From contig NW_003314295.1 in assembly GCF_000143415.4 (NCBI RefSeq), positions 933,038 to 997,037 of the forward strand: DNA of 64,000 nt. Reading direction: 5' to 3'. Source of the stretch: Selaginella moellendorffii (Eukaryota; Plantae; Lycopodiophyta). Below, piece by piece: positions 23,619-38,400 of this stretch (position 1 is the stretch's first letter; the number at the start of each line of letters is the position of its first letter). A program made the position numbers and the translations under genes. Under the pieces are notes generated by a model that saw only the letters and a program-made list of their open reading frames with translations, did no database searches and was not told the DNA's origin.

Positions 23619-25672
23619 GTTTGCTGGCTCTTAGTTCTCGAAACGTTACGCGCTTTTAGGCCTTTTCACAAGTAAGCCCTAAAACTGTCGTCCACGTATG
23701 CCCTAATTGTTCACAATGGTTGGATTGGAAAGGTGGCAAAGGTGGTAAAGGTGACAAAACCGGCAAAATACCAGTATTTATAGCAAGTTTGGACAAGAAG
23801 GCCTCCATGTGCATGAATACAGAGAGGCCACGAGCAACGGAGAAGGCAATGGAAGAAAACAAAGTAGCAACTTGCATTTCATCGATGCCCCTTCTTCTTG
23901 GAGCCATGTTTTGGTATTTTGGCGCTGTGTGCGGCATCTTGATCTTGTGCTTGTATGGTGGGTGCTGCACACACACTCACTCCATACAACCCCGCTGGCA
24001 AAAGAAAATCAGTCTCCATCCCTTTCCGTACCACCTCATGCACGTGTTCCAACAGTGCTGCTCTTGTTTCCTTTTGCTTTTCCCGGACGACAAAGAGAGA
24101 ACACTGACAAAAGTTTCACCCGGCGATTCCTGAGAGGGCTTCCAAAGTGCGCTCGTCCGCTGCCCATGCCCGCTCTAAAGTATTTCCGTTTGCTGCCAAG
24201 TGCGTAAGCTGGAAATCTATTCTTCAATCAATGATGGGATCGTGTCCTGGCGGTAGATCGATCATGGATCGCTGCTTTGACCGTACTGGCTTTTGGTACA
24301 CATATCTATATGTATATCATATCACACAGGCGATTTCATATGCTCTTCGTTAGGTAGCGATCTCGAGCTGGTGTTTTCTTCTGATGGATTCGTCGATTGA
24401 TTGATTCGAGTGAGGGCGACGCGGCACCGAAGAATGAAAGCGAGAGATCCAATCAGTCAGTGAGAAGAAGAGAGAAAACAAGTAAAAAACATTCGGTCGG
24501 AGGGACGGGAGCCCTGACCTCCCAACACACAACAAATAACAAACTCGTTCTTCCATGAGCAAAAAATGGCGCCAACGAGAGGCAAGAGATTGCGATCGGA
24601 AACAAGAAACACCAGCAGGAACTTAGACTCCAGCAAATGCCCGTGCTGGGCATTTTTAAACTGCTTCTTTCCCCTGCTGCTGTGCGCTCCTGTTCCTGTT
24701 CCTGGCGCGGCTGCGGAAGGGAACAGAGGCAAATAATGATTTGGGGCAACAGGGCTGCGAAAAATGCCGGCCTGTGGACGGCCTTTTGCAGGGGAGCACG
24801 CGCTTCCGTGCAAATACCCTGTTTAGTTTTGTGTTTCTTTTAGGGTTCATGGCTTATTGTTGTCCTTGGGCTGGGCAGGAGGGCATTTGCTGATGCCATG
24901 ATGGCGGCATTATCTCGCAGGACGGATTGCTAGAGCGAGCTTTAAAGTTACTCCTCTCTCTCACACACTCCACTTCTTGGAATGGGTGACGGGGATCGAG
25001 CAAAAAGTCCACTCCTTGCGACTTCCCACAATTGAATTGAAGCCGGTATAATCGATCGATCACGAAAGAAAACGCAAAGCGCCGCCATTTGCCCCGGCGG
25101 ATCTCTCTCTCACCTCTCGCTCGGGGGATTTGAAGGGATTTCTCGGGCCGCTTTCAAGACCAAGGAAAGCGAAAGCTCGTTCGTTTTGGCGGATCAAGGG
25201 GATTCTTTTCAAAATTCTCCTTCTCTCTTAGTAAGAGCTCACTCATCAAAGCTCTTATTCTCATCTCTTGCTTTTTTCCTCCCAGAAATTCCAATCTTTG
25301 TGATTCCTTTCGAATCCAGCGCAGAGAGCAAATGTGGTCCTCACCAATCATTCCTGCGCTGCTCGTCCTGTTCGTCCCATCTCTCTCCTCCTTGCGAGCA
25401 GCCATGGCTCGTCGTTAAGCAGCAGCGAGCAAGAAAAAGAAAGGAAAGGAAAGTCGCGGGAGGGAAGAAATGTGTCGGGATCAATCCAAATCAGTCGCTA
25501 CTGCTGCTGCGCTAGATCATCAGTCTGCTGAGAGTTTCTAATCAACAACCGGCACAGACCCCGACGACCAAGACCACCGCTCATCTCCTCTTCAACCAAA
25601 AAGTGGAAAGGAAAAAGAGATCTCTTAGTGCGATAGCGAGGAAGAAGAAAAATCTCCACTCGATCCAAAAAT

Positions 25673-26287
25673 ATGGGACTTTGCATCTCTAGACGAGCAG
25701 TGGAAGCGAGCGATTCCAGCCAGCACGAGCACCTCTCCTCCTCCAAGATCACTGGAGGAGCTGGCGGCCGCGGCGGTGCGGATGGATCATCGGCATCGTC
25801 GTCGCTAAATCCCGCGGCAAGGCTCTTGCTCGACTCGCCACGGATCTCCACCGATATCAGCGAGATGGGCATGCTGGGCCTGCTCTTCCACAAGAGGTAC
25901 TGCTGCAAGTCCCTCCCCTCCAGCCACCAGAATCAAAGAGGATACCAGAAGCTCGCGCTGGACATCCCTCCCAGCGAGCTGGTGATCCAGCAAAATGCGC
26001 TCTTTGAGGAGCAGCGGCGAGACGATGCAATGGAGGAGGAGGATCGCAAGAGAGACGAGGGAGGCGGCAGAGTGGAGGAGGAGGATGATGGGTATCCAGC
26101 ATTCCAGCCCAATTCAAGGCCCGCCGCGGCGATCGAGCCGCCCATCACGCTGGCGGCGGTGGCGGCGGCGATCAAGGAGGGATCGCGCGTGGGCGGTGGC
26201 AGCAGGGGAACGTGGTCATCCGCGGGCGAGGAGTTTTACTCGGACTGGGAGGATCGATCCAGCACAGCGGCGACGGTAGTAGCAGCT

Positions 26288-26320
<33 letters not shown>

Positions 26321-27466
26321 ATAGTAAGTACTACTCACGAGCTAGGAGTTTTCGAGGCAGAGGAGTATTTCAAGGAGGATTCTTCCCATCCTTCGAGACC
26401 AAACGATCGGGTGGAGGGATCATCAGTCAAGTCTGTGGAAGAGGATTTGATCTCTCTTCCAGTGGCCAAGAGTGAAGACAGGCGCTGTTTATCCTCGCGC
26501 TCCTCGTCGTGCTCTTCGTCGGGTGGTGGTGCTGGAGTTGGATGGGCTTCGCTGTGCGCGGGTTCCAGCGCCGTAGAGATCGATCACAAGGTGAAGAGCC
26601 CGGCCAAGTCTATGAAGAACAAGGCTGATAACCACATCTACAAGATGCTCAAGCTCCTGGCATCGCCCTCCTCTTCACACCAACCGTCCATGGCAAGCTC
26701 TTCCAGCAAGCCGACTAGAGGTGGCGAGCATCGGTCCGCGCGGAAGACACACAAGAAAAAGGCCAGGATCGCCGAGACTCAAGTCAAGGAATGGATGGAT
26801 CGAGCCAGGAAGAGCCTCGACACGGATCAGAAGAACGCCATGGCCTCATCGCCTCAAAGGTCTTCCGTCACCCAAGAACAAGTGGCGAAGAAATGCCAGG
26901 GTGGTGGAACCGGATTTGGGTCGCCGTTCCCAGCGTCACCCAAGCAGCAAAAGAGCTCCTCCCTCGATCAACTTAAGCTCGCGCAAGATCAAGCCAAGGA
27001 GGACGATGATCACAACGACAGTGACTCCAGCTCCGACCTGTTCGAGCTCGACAGCGTCACCACCAGCTTGAGCTCGGCTCGCTCTTCTCTGTCCCGGCTG
27101 AGCTCCGCGAGATCATCCGTGCGCAAGTCCACCGTCGACGAGCAGGACATGCTACACGTAAATCTCGTCCCCGCGGATCACAGCAGCGCCAAGGTGTTGA
27201 TATCGTCCTCGGAGGCCGTGATCCATCAAAACCATCACTGCAAAAAGAGTGGAAGCAGGAGGGACAAGGAGGAATTAGATGGTGCGAGCAATGCTGCCGT
27301 GCTGATCATGAAGAACCGGAGGCTGCACGGCAGCAAGATTTCTTGCCTGGATTCAGGTCCGCTCTTGAGCATTGTCGAGGAGAGCAAGCCGGCATCAGTG
27401 GCTAGCAGCCCCGGTGGATTAAATTCATGGAGCAGCAGCACTAGTGCTTTGACAGTGCAAACATGA
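25673..27466 (+). CDS. Disordered Ser-rich protein with PKS / BIG GRAIN-type motifs (intronless, 597 aa)
   Basis: Long GC-rich ORF with ELGVFEAEEYF and DSDSSSDLFELDS motifs and an N-terminal MGLC acylation signal. Confidence 0.7.
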
Positions 27467-30293
27467 AATTAAATCTTGATTGATGGGTCTACTCGGACGG
27501 ACTTGGTGGTCGGCTGACCATGTCTAGGAGCATGGTTAGAGAGAACTAGGCTGGGGGTGGGGTCCCATGCCTTTGTGGAGAATCACCTAGCAAACTCACG
27601 AATGTCAGCTCAGTGGACTTTAACCCGATCTTCTCTCACATTTGTAACAACATTGTTTTGTCTGGCAATGAGTATAGGGTTTAAGCAAACTAGAAGATTT
27701 AAAAAGTAAATTTAATTTAAAAAGTTTCGGTGAATATTAAGCAGCTGGTTGGGAAGAGTTAGGAGGCAGTTCCCAAATTTTAAAAGTGCCAATGTTATCA
27801 ATTTTTACATAGTTTTCAAGGTTCAAAAATATTCTCATTCTTTAAAAAAGGTAGTTTGAATATTCAAAGAATCAATGCATAAATCTATATATTGCAAGTG
27901 TGAAAGCCTAGAATATATAAATTTAAAATTTGTATTAGCCCAAAACCTAAGTTTATATATAAAAGTGATTGGTCTAAATTGGATAGTTATTTATCCCCTC
28001 CTCTTAGAAGGATGGAAAACAATTATAATTCTCTGATCAATAGTAAAGGAACATTATGAGGCATTGGTGGATCTATAAGTGATACAATTTGTTTTTAATT
28101 CCTCTATATGAAATGCTTCAACCATTGCATATACATAAATTCTAGGGGATTAGCTTATTGAATGTTATGTTGAATATTATAAACTTATGACCTAACTTAC
28201 TACAATATTTGATATGACTAAACAAGGAGACTTGTAAATAAACCATATACCATAAGATTAAGAAAATAAATTACTTTATACTCTTTATATAGATGTGTGA
28301 AACACAAATCCCTAAGCCCTAAAGTGGAATAAAAAATATGCCAAATGACAATAATCTTTAAACTCCTTTAGACTCCCACTTAATGGCACTTGCTCTCCTT
28401 GACAATGCTCAAGAGACTCCTTTAGACTCTTATCAAAAGCTTCGACTCAAAAAGTTGAGAAGAGTGGAACTCCCAACAAAGTGTTCAAGGAATAAGCACA
28501 AAGTGATCAATGAATGAGTCTCTAAAAAAGGACACAAGAAGGACTGATATATAGCAAATGTCATGACACGTGAAAATGTTGGGACCGAGTTCGAGGAGTC
28601 TGAGATAGAAGATTGAGTCCAAGACCAAATCTAAGTTCAAATCTAAGTTTGAGATTGAGTCCAAGTCTAAGTCTAAGACTAAATCCAAATACTAATATAA
28701 GTCATGGGGTGAATGTCTCTGGGGGGGGATGTAAAAATATAATAAAGAGAGTGTAAGGGTTGGATTTCAATGGAATTAGTTTGGCCAAAAAAGGTCATTG
28801 TGACTTAGGAAGGCTACACCCACATAGTGGGTGATGATATAATCATTAAGGAGTCTAAGGTTAAAGTGAATATAAATGGATAAACGAGGTAGTTTAATGA
28901 AGTGTTCAAGAGTTGACTCTAGTTCCTTTAGGAGATCGAATGATCAATGCTCCTAATCCAAGTGTTAATGGCACTACCTACTTGGATACTTAGTGTGGCT
29001 TATTAAAACCTCACCTTAGCCACATGGCTAAAGCACCTAAAGGTGGAAGGTGGGGAGAGTACCCATGAGGCTCCACTAGAGGTCGAGCCTTCGGGCCTTG
29101 ACTTAGTATTGGCAAGCACTTTAAAACTTAATGTTGATCGAAGAAGGGATATTGGGGAAAGGTGTTCCCCATGTCTTCGAGCATTCTAATGGTGCTAAGG
29201 TGTGGTCAAGGGATGACCACTCATGAATAGATGGCTCAATTTATGGGAGATCGGTTTATGGCTAATATGTCAATGGTATCTTTAGGTGGGTTATTAAGTC
29301 TCTAAATTGGGAATAGAGCTTATAAAGGTTGTAAGTGAGATTCTTCCAAGTGGTTAAAGTTATGGTTAAGTGAGTAAAGTATAATAGAAAAAATAGTCAC
29401 TTACAACTTAGTATCAAAGCTATTCCTTAATTTGACTCTTATTGACAATAAAGTATATCACCATTTATTATTGATATATGATGGTCTCATAAATGAGGCT
29501 ATACTCAAGGAGTTATATGTCAGAAGGGTATGGCTTTCCACTTTAGTTCAAATGTGAACTTATAGACAATGTGGTGGATAGAAAAGGGCCATTAAAGGAA
29601 CGACTTTGGGATTTTGGGAATAATAACAAGATTATTCTCATATAGTTGAGAATGATGCTCATAAATTTGAGATTAGAGTTAATGACCAAGGGATGTCAAA
29701 TATGGATGAGAACACTTGTCTTTGAAATGGTAGCTGGGTGTAGCACATGTAATCATAGAATGAGATTTGGATATACTATTATTGTGTATCTTTAGAACCT
29801 TGGGGATAAAATAGCCACTAAGAGCTTTTTCATCAAACAATTGCTCATTTTCCAATTGGTTTAAGGAGAGGGAGATAGGGTCTGCTACACTAGAGTTATT
29901 TTTAATTAAGGCCGGAACAACCCAAAGTGTTTTGGGGGGGGGGAGGGTGCTCAAAGGATAAGTTAGTGTTTTCATCGTACGCAAGGATAATTCTGAAAGG
30001 TAAAGGTAATCTATGTGGAATAAAGGATAATCAAGTGTCAAAGTAACATTTGCAAACATTATCTTTATAAATAGAACGTGAATATAAAAAGCTGTATTCA
30101 AGTGTGATGACACTTAAAAAATAGCCATAAGGCTAAAATCTTACAGGACGTTGCATTTACAAAGTCCAAAAAGTTGAATCACTTAATAGAGTCAAGGGAT
30201 GATCCCAAAGGATTGAAGAAAACATATTTAGGTAGAGGTGTGTTGTACTTAGTGAAGGATTGGGAGGATCCAAATATAAGAATAGTGGATATC

Positions 30294-30830
30294 TATAATG
30301 CACTTTATCTTTTTCTTCTTAAGTCAATTGGAAAAAGGGCAAGAGAGCCCCTAATGGCTATTTTATCCCCATTTATCCCCCAAGGTTCCAAGGATCCATA
30401 GTGATAGTATATCTAAATCTCATTCCGTAATCATATATGTTACATTCATCCCCCTTTCAGAAATGTTAATATCTACATTAACTCTAAACTAACAACCCCT
30501 TCTGAGCTAAGAGGAACTAACACCTCCATTTTCACACTAAATTTACTAATCCTTCCATTGTATCATATGATTTAAAATTTATGGGTAGGAATATATTTTA
30601 TTCAAGGGTATAATATATTTTAAGTAGCCATTAATAAATGGAAATTGAATCTATGTTATTTGCTTCAATACCACATGTAGTGCACCCTATCTTTCTCCTC
30701 TTGAGTTAACTGAAAAAGAGGTAATTGCTTGATAAGAGAGCCCTTAGTGGCTATTTTATCTTCATTTATTCTCGAAGGTTCTAAAGATCTATAGTGATAA
30801 TATATCCAAATCTCATCCCATGATAATATT
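30294..30830 (-). mobile_element. Degenerate TRIM inside A1
   Basis: ~150-bp direct repeats (30294-30444, 30676-~30830), minus-strand PBS-like TGGTATTGAAGC and PPT AAAGGGGGATGAA. Host sequence is continuous on both sides. Confidence 0.6.
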
Positions 30831-32493
30831 CTATTAATGGCAAAAGTTGCCACACTAAAGTCATGGAAAAGTGTTTACGAAAGAAGAAACTTTTGCAAAG
30901 AGTTGTGTCTAAGTGACTAAATTTTCCATTCTACTTTAGTCATTTAACCACACCTTCGACCATTTAGAGGAGTTAACCTCTATAAGTTTTATTTCGGACT
31001 TAGGGCTTGCTAGCCCTAAAAATGGCATCTATGCCACTCAACCTTTGCATTTGGTTCAAGTGCTCAATGTGTCTGATCCCATGGTCAACACCCCAAGGTA
31101 CCACTAACATATCAACCCATTACGCTAAGGCTATGCCCATTCACTTTGGTCACACCGATGCTCTAACACCACCTGTATCACAGTCTTGTCTCTTAAAAAT
31201 TGAGCCATCCATCCATGAGTGATCATCCTAGATCCACTCTTTACCATCTAGAGAATGCCTATAGACATGGGGAATAACTTTCCCTAATATCCCTTTTTTA
31301 GTCCTCACCAAATCCTTTTCTGTCCATGGCCATGTTCGCCAACACTACCACTGGGTCAAGGCCCACAGGCCTAACTACTAAGTCCCACTATCCTCTGAGA
31401 CTTCCTTACCATGTGACTATATCTTTAATCACTATTCCAAAGGATTACTCCTCTTCCTTTCCACATTTTGAGACTTTGGGACAACATTTTAAACACCATA
31501 GCCCTACATGAGCCTCATAGGTACTCTCCCCACCTTCCGCCTTTGGATGCTCTAGCCATGGCACTAGAGTGAGGTTTTGTTGAGCCACATTAGGTATCCA
31601 AGTAAGTAATGTCAGGGGGAGCTATAGCTGGCTCTTGAACACTTCACTAAGCTACCCTGCTTGTCTATCCATATTCACTCTAGCTTTGGACTCTTCAATG
31701 GATATATTATCACTCCAACACGGTATAGCCTTCCTAGGTCACACCGACCTTTCCTAGTCAAACTGGCTGCACTAGGGTCCAACTCCCACACTCTCCCTAC
31801 TATACTTTTGGAACCCCCTACAGCCTCAGCCTCCTTGCCCCCCCCGGGGGATGATCGCTTTGGGCTTTCACCCAACAGCTTGTATTAGTATTCAGACTCG
31901 GACTCGGACTCAGTCTCCATCTCCATCTCGGTTCCATCTTGGACTCCATCTCGGGACTCCATCATTGACTACATCTCAGGTCCATTTCGGGTCCATCTCA
32001 AACTCCATCTTGGACTCCATCTCGGGTCCATTTTGGACTCCATCTCAAACTCCATCTCGGGTCCATCTCGGACTCCATCTCAAACTCCATCTCGAACTTC
32101 ATCTTAGACTCCATCTTAGGCTCCATTTCGGATTCCATCTCGGACTCCATCTTAGGCTCCATCTCAGACTCCATCTTGGGTCCATCTCAAATTCCATTTC
32201 GGAATCCATCTTAAGTCCATTTCAGACTCCATCTCAGACTCCATCTTGGGTCCATCTTAGACTCCATCTCGGGTCCATCTTGAACTCCATCTCAGACTCC
32301 ATCTTGGGTCCATCTCGGACTCCATCTCGGGTCCATCTCAAACTCCATCTTGAACTCCATTTTAAACTCCATCTTAAGTTCATCTTAGACTCCATCTCGA
32401 ACTCCATCTCAGGTCCATCTCGAACTTCATCTTAGACTCCATCTTGGATCCATCTCAAACTCCATCTTGGGTCCATCTCAAACTCCATCTCAG

Positions 32494-35400
32494 TGTGAGA
32501 CACAAAATCCCTAGGCCCCAAAGTGGAGCTGAAAGGGTGCCACGTGGTAGTGGCCGAAGTGAAAGCCAAACAAGCGTAACACGTTTGGACTAAAAGCTCC
32601 GACTTGAAAAGGTCGAGAGTGGGAGTGGAACTCCCAACGAAGTGCTCGAGGAATGAGCACGAAGCAAGCAATAAGCAAGGCTCAAAAAAGGGACCCAAAA
32701 GGACCAACACATGACACGTGGAAGTGTCCGAGATGGACCCGAGATGGACCCGAGTTGGAGTCTGAGAAGGACCCCGAGATAGAGTCCGAGATGGAGTCTG
32801 AGATGGACCCGAGATGGAGTCCGAGATGGACCCGAGGTGGAGTCCGAGATGGACCCGAGATGGAGTCCGAGACGGAGTCCGAGATGGACCCGAAATGGAT
32901 CCGAGATGGAGTCCGAGATGGACCTGAGGTGGAGTCCGAGATGGACCCCAGATGGAGTCCGAGATGGAGTCCGAGATGGACCCAAGATGGACCCGAGATG
33001 GAGTCTGAGATGGAGTCCGAGATGGACCCGAGATGGAGTCCGAGATGGAGTCCGAGATGGAGTCTGAGATGGACTAGAGATGGAGTCCGAAGTCGAGACC
33101 GAGACCGAGACCGAGATCGGGACCGAGACCGAGACCGGGACCGAGGCCGAGGCCAAGACCGAGGCCGAGTTTGAGTCCAAGTGCGAGTGCGAGTGCGAGT
33201 CCGAGTTCAAGTTCGAGTCTGAGAGGGTGAAAGCCCAAAGTGTTTGTCTCCCAGACCCTAGGGGGTTTGGTGAGCTCCAAAAGCATAGTAGGGGGGAGGA
33301 CTGCAGTGGAGCCAGTTTGGCTAGGAAAGGCCAGTTTGGCCCAGGAAGGCCGGACCCAGTGTTGGGTGATGAGCTGCCCACTGGGAAGTCCAAGACTAGA
33401 GTGAACACGGACTGACAAGCGGGGTAGCTTGGTGAAGTGTTCAAGAGCTGGCTCTAGATCCCCCGGGAGATCGACTGGCCGATGCTCCCAGTCCAAGTGT
33501 GGGTGGCACTACCTACTTGGATACCTGGTGTGGCTCAACGGAACCTCACTCTAAGCCCATGGCTAGAGCACCTAAAGGCAGAAGGCAAGGAGAGTACCCA
33601 CGAGGGCTACGGTGTTCCGAAATGTTGCCCCAAAGTCCCAAATTGTGGAAAGGAAGAGGAGTAGCCCTCTAGTGTGGTGACAAGGGACACAGTCACACAG
33701 TGAGGAAGTCCTAGAGGACCGTTGGACTTAGTGGTCGGGCTTGTGGGCCTTGATCTAGTGGCAGTGTTTGGTGAACACGACCATGGACAGAAAGGGACTT
33801 GGTGGGGACCGGAAAGGAGACATTGGGGAAGGCTATTCCCCATGTCTGCAGGCATCCTGAGGATGCTATGGAGTGGATCTGGGGTAGCCACTCATGGATG
33901 GATGGCCTAGTCTTTGAGAGATGGGATTGTAATGCAAGTGGTGTTGGACCACCGATGTGACCAAGGTGGATGGGCATGGCCTAGCGTAACGGGCTGGTAT
34001 GTCAGTGGTACCTTGGGGTGTTGGTCATGGGATCGGACACGTGGAGCACTTGGACTAAGTGCACAGGTTGAGTGGTGTGGATGCCATTCGCGGGGCTAGC
34101 AAGCCCCAAGTTCTGAATGGGACTTATGGAGGTTGCGAATGAGACTCCTCCAAGTGGTCGGAGGTGCGGTTAAGTGACTAAAGTAGAATGGAAAAATTAG
34201 TCGCTTACAACTTGGTATCGGAGCTATTCCTTAGTCTGACTTTTATTGGTGCTCAAGTATATCACCACTGGTGTTGGCATCAGAAGGTCCGAAGAGTGGG
34301 CCTATCCTTGAGGAGTAGCAGGTCGGGAAGACATGGCTCTCCATTACAGTTCATGTGTGAACTTGTAGACGAGGTGGTGGATAGAAAAGGGCCAATAATG
34401 GAACGACTTTGGGATCTTGGGAACAGTGCAAGGTTTTCTTCATTGAGTTGAGGATGTGATCCAGATGAGCATTTGACTCAGCAAACTGGCTAATGTAGTT
34501 GTGGTAAACAACTATAGTTGGGATCACAGGGAAGATATAGACTCCAAAACGATAAAGGAGTCACAAGATTACCCTCATGAAGTTGAGGTTAGTGCTCATG
34601 AATGGGAGACCAGAAGTAATGACCGCGGGAGGTCAAATACGGAAAAGGACACAAGTCCTTGAAATGGTAGCCGAAGCTACCTCTAATAAATGCTAGAACA
34701 ACCCAAGGAGTTGGGGGTGTATTTAGAGGATGAGTTGGTATTCTCATCACATGGACAAGTGGTCATAAGGGGGCGAAAGGTTGCCCCTAGAGAACAAATC
34801 AAGTGTCGGAGTAACACTTGCAAAAGATGGTCTTTGGAGTAGGACATGAATACAAGGAGTTGTATTCCAATGAGCTAGCACTTCAAAGATAAGATCTCAT
34901 GGGTCATCAGATTAACAAAGTCCAAAAAGTTGAATGACTCATATAGAGTTAAGGTATAATCCTAAGGGCTTGAGGAAAGCATTTGAACTGAGGTGTGTGG
35001 TGCCCCACGAAGAATGGGGAGGATCTTGAGATCCAAGCATGAGAGTAGTGTGTATCTCATTGATGGCAGAAGGTGCCATGCTAAAGTCGTGGGAAGAAGT
35101 TTTCCGGAAGAAAACAACTTTGACGCAAAGTTGTACGTGAACTCTATGGTACAGTGCTAATGGATAATTGGCATAAGAGACAACCATATTAGTCTTGGCA
35201 AAAAGACCTAGACACTAGTAAGAAGTGTGATAAAGGTAGGCTTGTGGAGCCGATGGTGTGGAGACACCGAATATGCCAAGGCCTTGAGGTCAAGTTGGTA
35301 GGTTTATGAGAACCCATTCTAAAGGAATCCCAATGGAAATGGGAATAGCATAGCCTATGCTAGAAGGCATTCGGTTAGAGTGTGGTGACCCAGATAATGA

Positions 35401-38400
35401 TGGAGGTGTGGAAGCACCAACAATGAGTTGTAGGACTTGACAACTATGAGGCAACTAAGCAAAAGGTGCAAAATAAGTTGGTAAACTAGTAAAAGGCAAC
35501 TACCTAAGACTTCTTATTGGGATAAGGAAGTTAGATATACCCTTATGGGGGATAAATTGCTTATGTTGCGATATAGTAAGTCAATGTCGAAAGGGAAATG
35601 CTCATTGTCAAAGAGACCATCATTGGGACACCCAAACACTCTAGAACACCAGAAGGTGGTGTTTGGTGGCATGAGGGCAATGGATAATGCCCAAGGGATA
35701 AAGTCCCTAGTGAATGATGGATAGGAGGTGCTATCCAAATGTCCAAGGTTGCGGAGACGAGAGAAGTCCGTCTACCCATATTGGACAAAGCCAAAAAGGG
35801 GATTTTGGCTAGGTTAGTGATGGGCATATGAAGGCCCATAAGTAGCAATGGTAATCCCAGTGTGTGGGATTATGAGGTGAACAAACCTGGATTGAGGAAC
35901 CACTCCCTAGGCTATCAGGTAGGTTCATCCCTATGAATACTTGCCAAGGCATGGTGGAAAGTGCAAAGCTATCTTCCTAGTCTAGAGGAGAATAACCAAA
36001 GGAAATGTATGGGGCCGAAAAGGCAAGTAGTAAAGGGATAGAACCGAACCATAGAAATTGACAGGCATGACCAAGGGTGGTTATGGAAGTTGAGAGTGGA
36101 GAATCAAGTGGGTGCTCAAGCATGTTGTTACTAGCGACCGGGATGCCATGAAGAGTCTAAAGCATGGGATTGTCCATGTTAGGCTATATGGTAATTGGAA
36201 AGCTTGCAAATGGAGAGACCTTAACAAACTAAGGAATAAAGTTCCTTGAACGTTCCCCTAGGTAGATAAGTACCTAGACATCCAAGTGTAAATGGTTTAT
36301 AGAGCGCGCGAAATTAGAGTGGCGCAGCAGAAGCGTGGTCTTGAAGCTTGCAAAGACGCGAGGCTATCAAGATCAAGGAAGTAGTTCCCGAGTGTTCAAA
36401 GAGAGGGCTTTAAACGAAAGTCGATGGTTAAGGACTTTCATGCTTATACATGAACCATGTTACAATGGTCGGATGACTTGCTAAGTGAGATTGGCAAGTC
36501 AGGGGAACAAATACCCCAGTTGAAGGAGCCAACTTCAAAGGGGTGGCCCATGGGGCCAAGCATAGAGGAGTCCATGCATGATCACAGACTGGTCAAGTGA
36601 GAAAACTTGGTAGTGCAGAGGAACTAGGTTCCTAAGCGGTGATCTATAGCACGCTTTAAATATAAGTTGGTGCACCGGCGTGGGGAGTCACGCCAGGCAT
36701 CCTGGGTGATGCCGTCCGTAGATGCATATACGGAGGTTGGGTTCGAGTCCCGACCCTCTAGTGCTTGGGTTCGAGTCCCAACTCACTAGGGCATGGTGAT
36801 GGTTTGGAATATGAGGACACTCATATTTCGGTGGTCATGGACTCTCAGTGGGGAGACTAGTTTGGGCATACCGCTAAGTGAGGGATGCCTCGGAGTCGTG
36901 ATGCACAGTTAGATTGCTTAGTGTGAAAGCTCGGCATATCTAACTTGAACGCTTTGGTGCAAGTGATACCAAGGTCGTGGTGAATGAGACGGGGACACCT
37001 AGTCTCAATTGTTATGGACCCTTGGCCGAAAGGGCTGGCTTGGGTGCACCGCCAAGTGTGGGGGATGCCCCCAGGGTCATGGTGAACAACTTAAAAGTCT
37101 GGAAGACCTAGTATGTATTGGCAAACTTGTTAAGGTGCTAAAGTTAGATCACTAGGTGATCTTATGGCTAAAACAAGGACAAGGTCCTTGTGAGGTTAAG
37201 GGATAAAGTTCCAAGTTCAAAGTGTTGATTGGAACCATTGATGATGGTATGGCTTGGTCAAGGTGACCAAGTGGGAGGAACACCTAAGGGAAATGAGCTG
37301 TCAATGCGATGGCATAATAAGTCCGAGGAAAGTAGTCTCTATAAGAGATTCATCGGAGGGTCTCAAAGTTGGGCCATAATAGAGCCCATAGCAGAAAATG
37401 CTAAGGAGGTGTACTAGGGGTAAACACCCTTTGGACTTGGCAAAGCAAAGTCTTTGCTATGGAATTGAAAGAATACCTCGAGAATGGAGGTGACGATCCT
37501 GTGTTGCGTGATGCAACAATCAAGGATAGGAGCAAAAGACTAGTGGCTAAGAAAAGGGCCATGGGAATCATGGGATAGAAGCCAAATGGCAAAGTTAGTC
37601 CAAGAATACTAATGTGTTGGAAGCTAACGGATTATTGAAAAGCAATATGTTTAAAAGGATAAGTTCTTAATTGCTCCGATTTGGCAAAGGGGGAAAGGCT
37701 CTAAAAAGGGACCCAAAAGGACCAACACATGACACGTGGAAGTGTCCGAGATGGACCTGAGATGGACCCGAGATGGAGTCCAAAGTAGAGTCCGAGAAGG
37801 ACCCCGAGATGGAGTCCGAGATGGAGTCCGAGATGGACCCGAGATGGACTCGAGATGGAGTCCGAGATGGACCCGAGGTGGAGTCCGAGATGGACCCGAG
37901 ATGGAGTCCGAGATGGACCCGAAATGGACCCGAGATGGAGTCCGAGATGGACCCGAGGTGGAGTCCGAGATGGACCCCAGATGGAGTCCGAGATGGACCC
38001 GAGATGGACCCGAGATAGAGTCCGAGATGGACCCGAGGTGGAGTCCAAGATGGACCCGAGATGGAGTCTGAGATGGAGTCTGAGATGGACCCGAGATGGA
38101 GTCCGAGATGGAGTCTGAGATGGACCCGAGATGGAGTCCGAAGTCAAGACCGAGGCCGAGACCGAGATCAGGATCGAGACCGAGACCAAGACAGAGGCCG
38201 AGGCCGAGACCGAGGCCGAGTTCGAGTCCGAGTTCGAGTCCGAGTCCGAGTCTGAGTCTGAGTCTGAGTTCGAGTTTGAGTATGAGAGGGAGTCTAAGAT
38301 GGACCTGAGATGGACCCGAGGTGGAGTCCGAGATGGACCTAAGATGGAGTCTGAGATGGACCCAAGATGGACCCGAGATGGAGTCCGAGATGGACCCGAG

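Noticed and set aside
23700-25600. Short ORFs or a conserved miRNA precursor upstream of the PKS-like gene
   Set aside because: No conserved miRNA sequence or protein motif recognised by eye. Likely promoter/5' UTR.
36665-36790. tRNA gene
   Set aside because: B-box hairpins are present but I could not build an acceptor stem or anticodon arm. Reported as a structured element instead.
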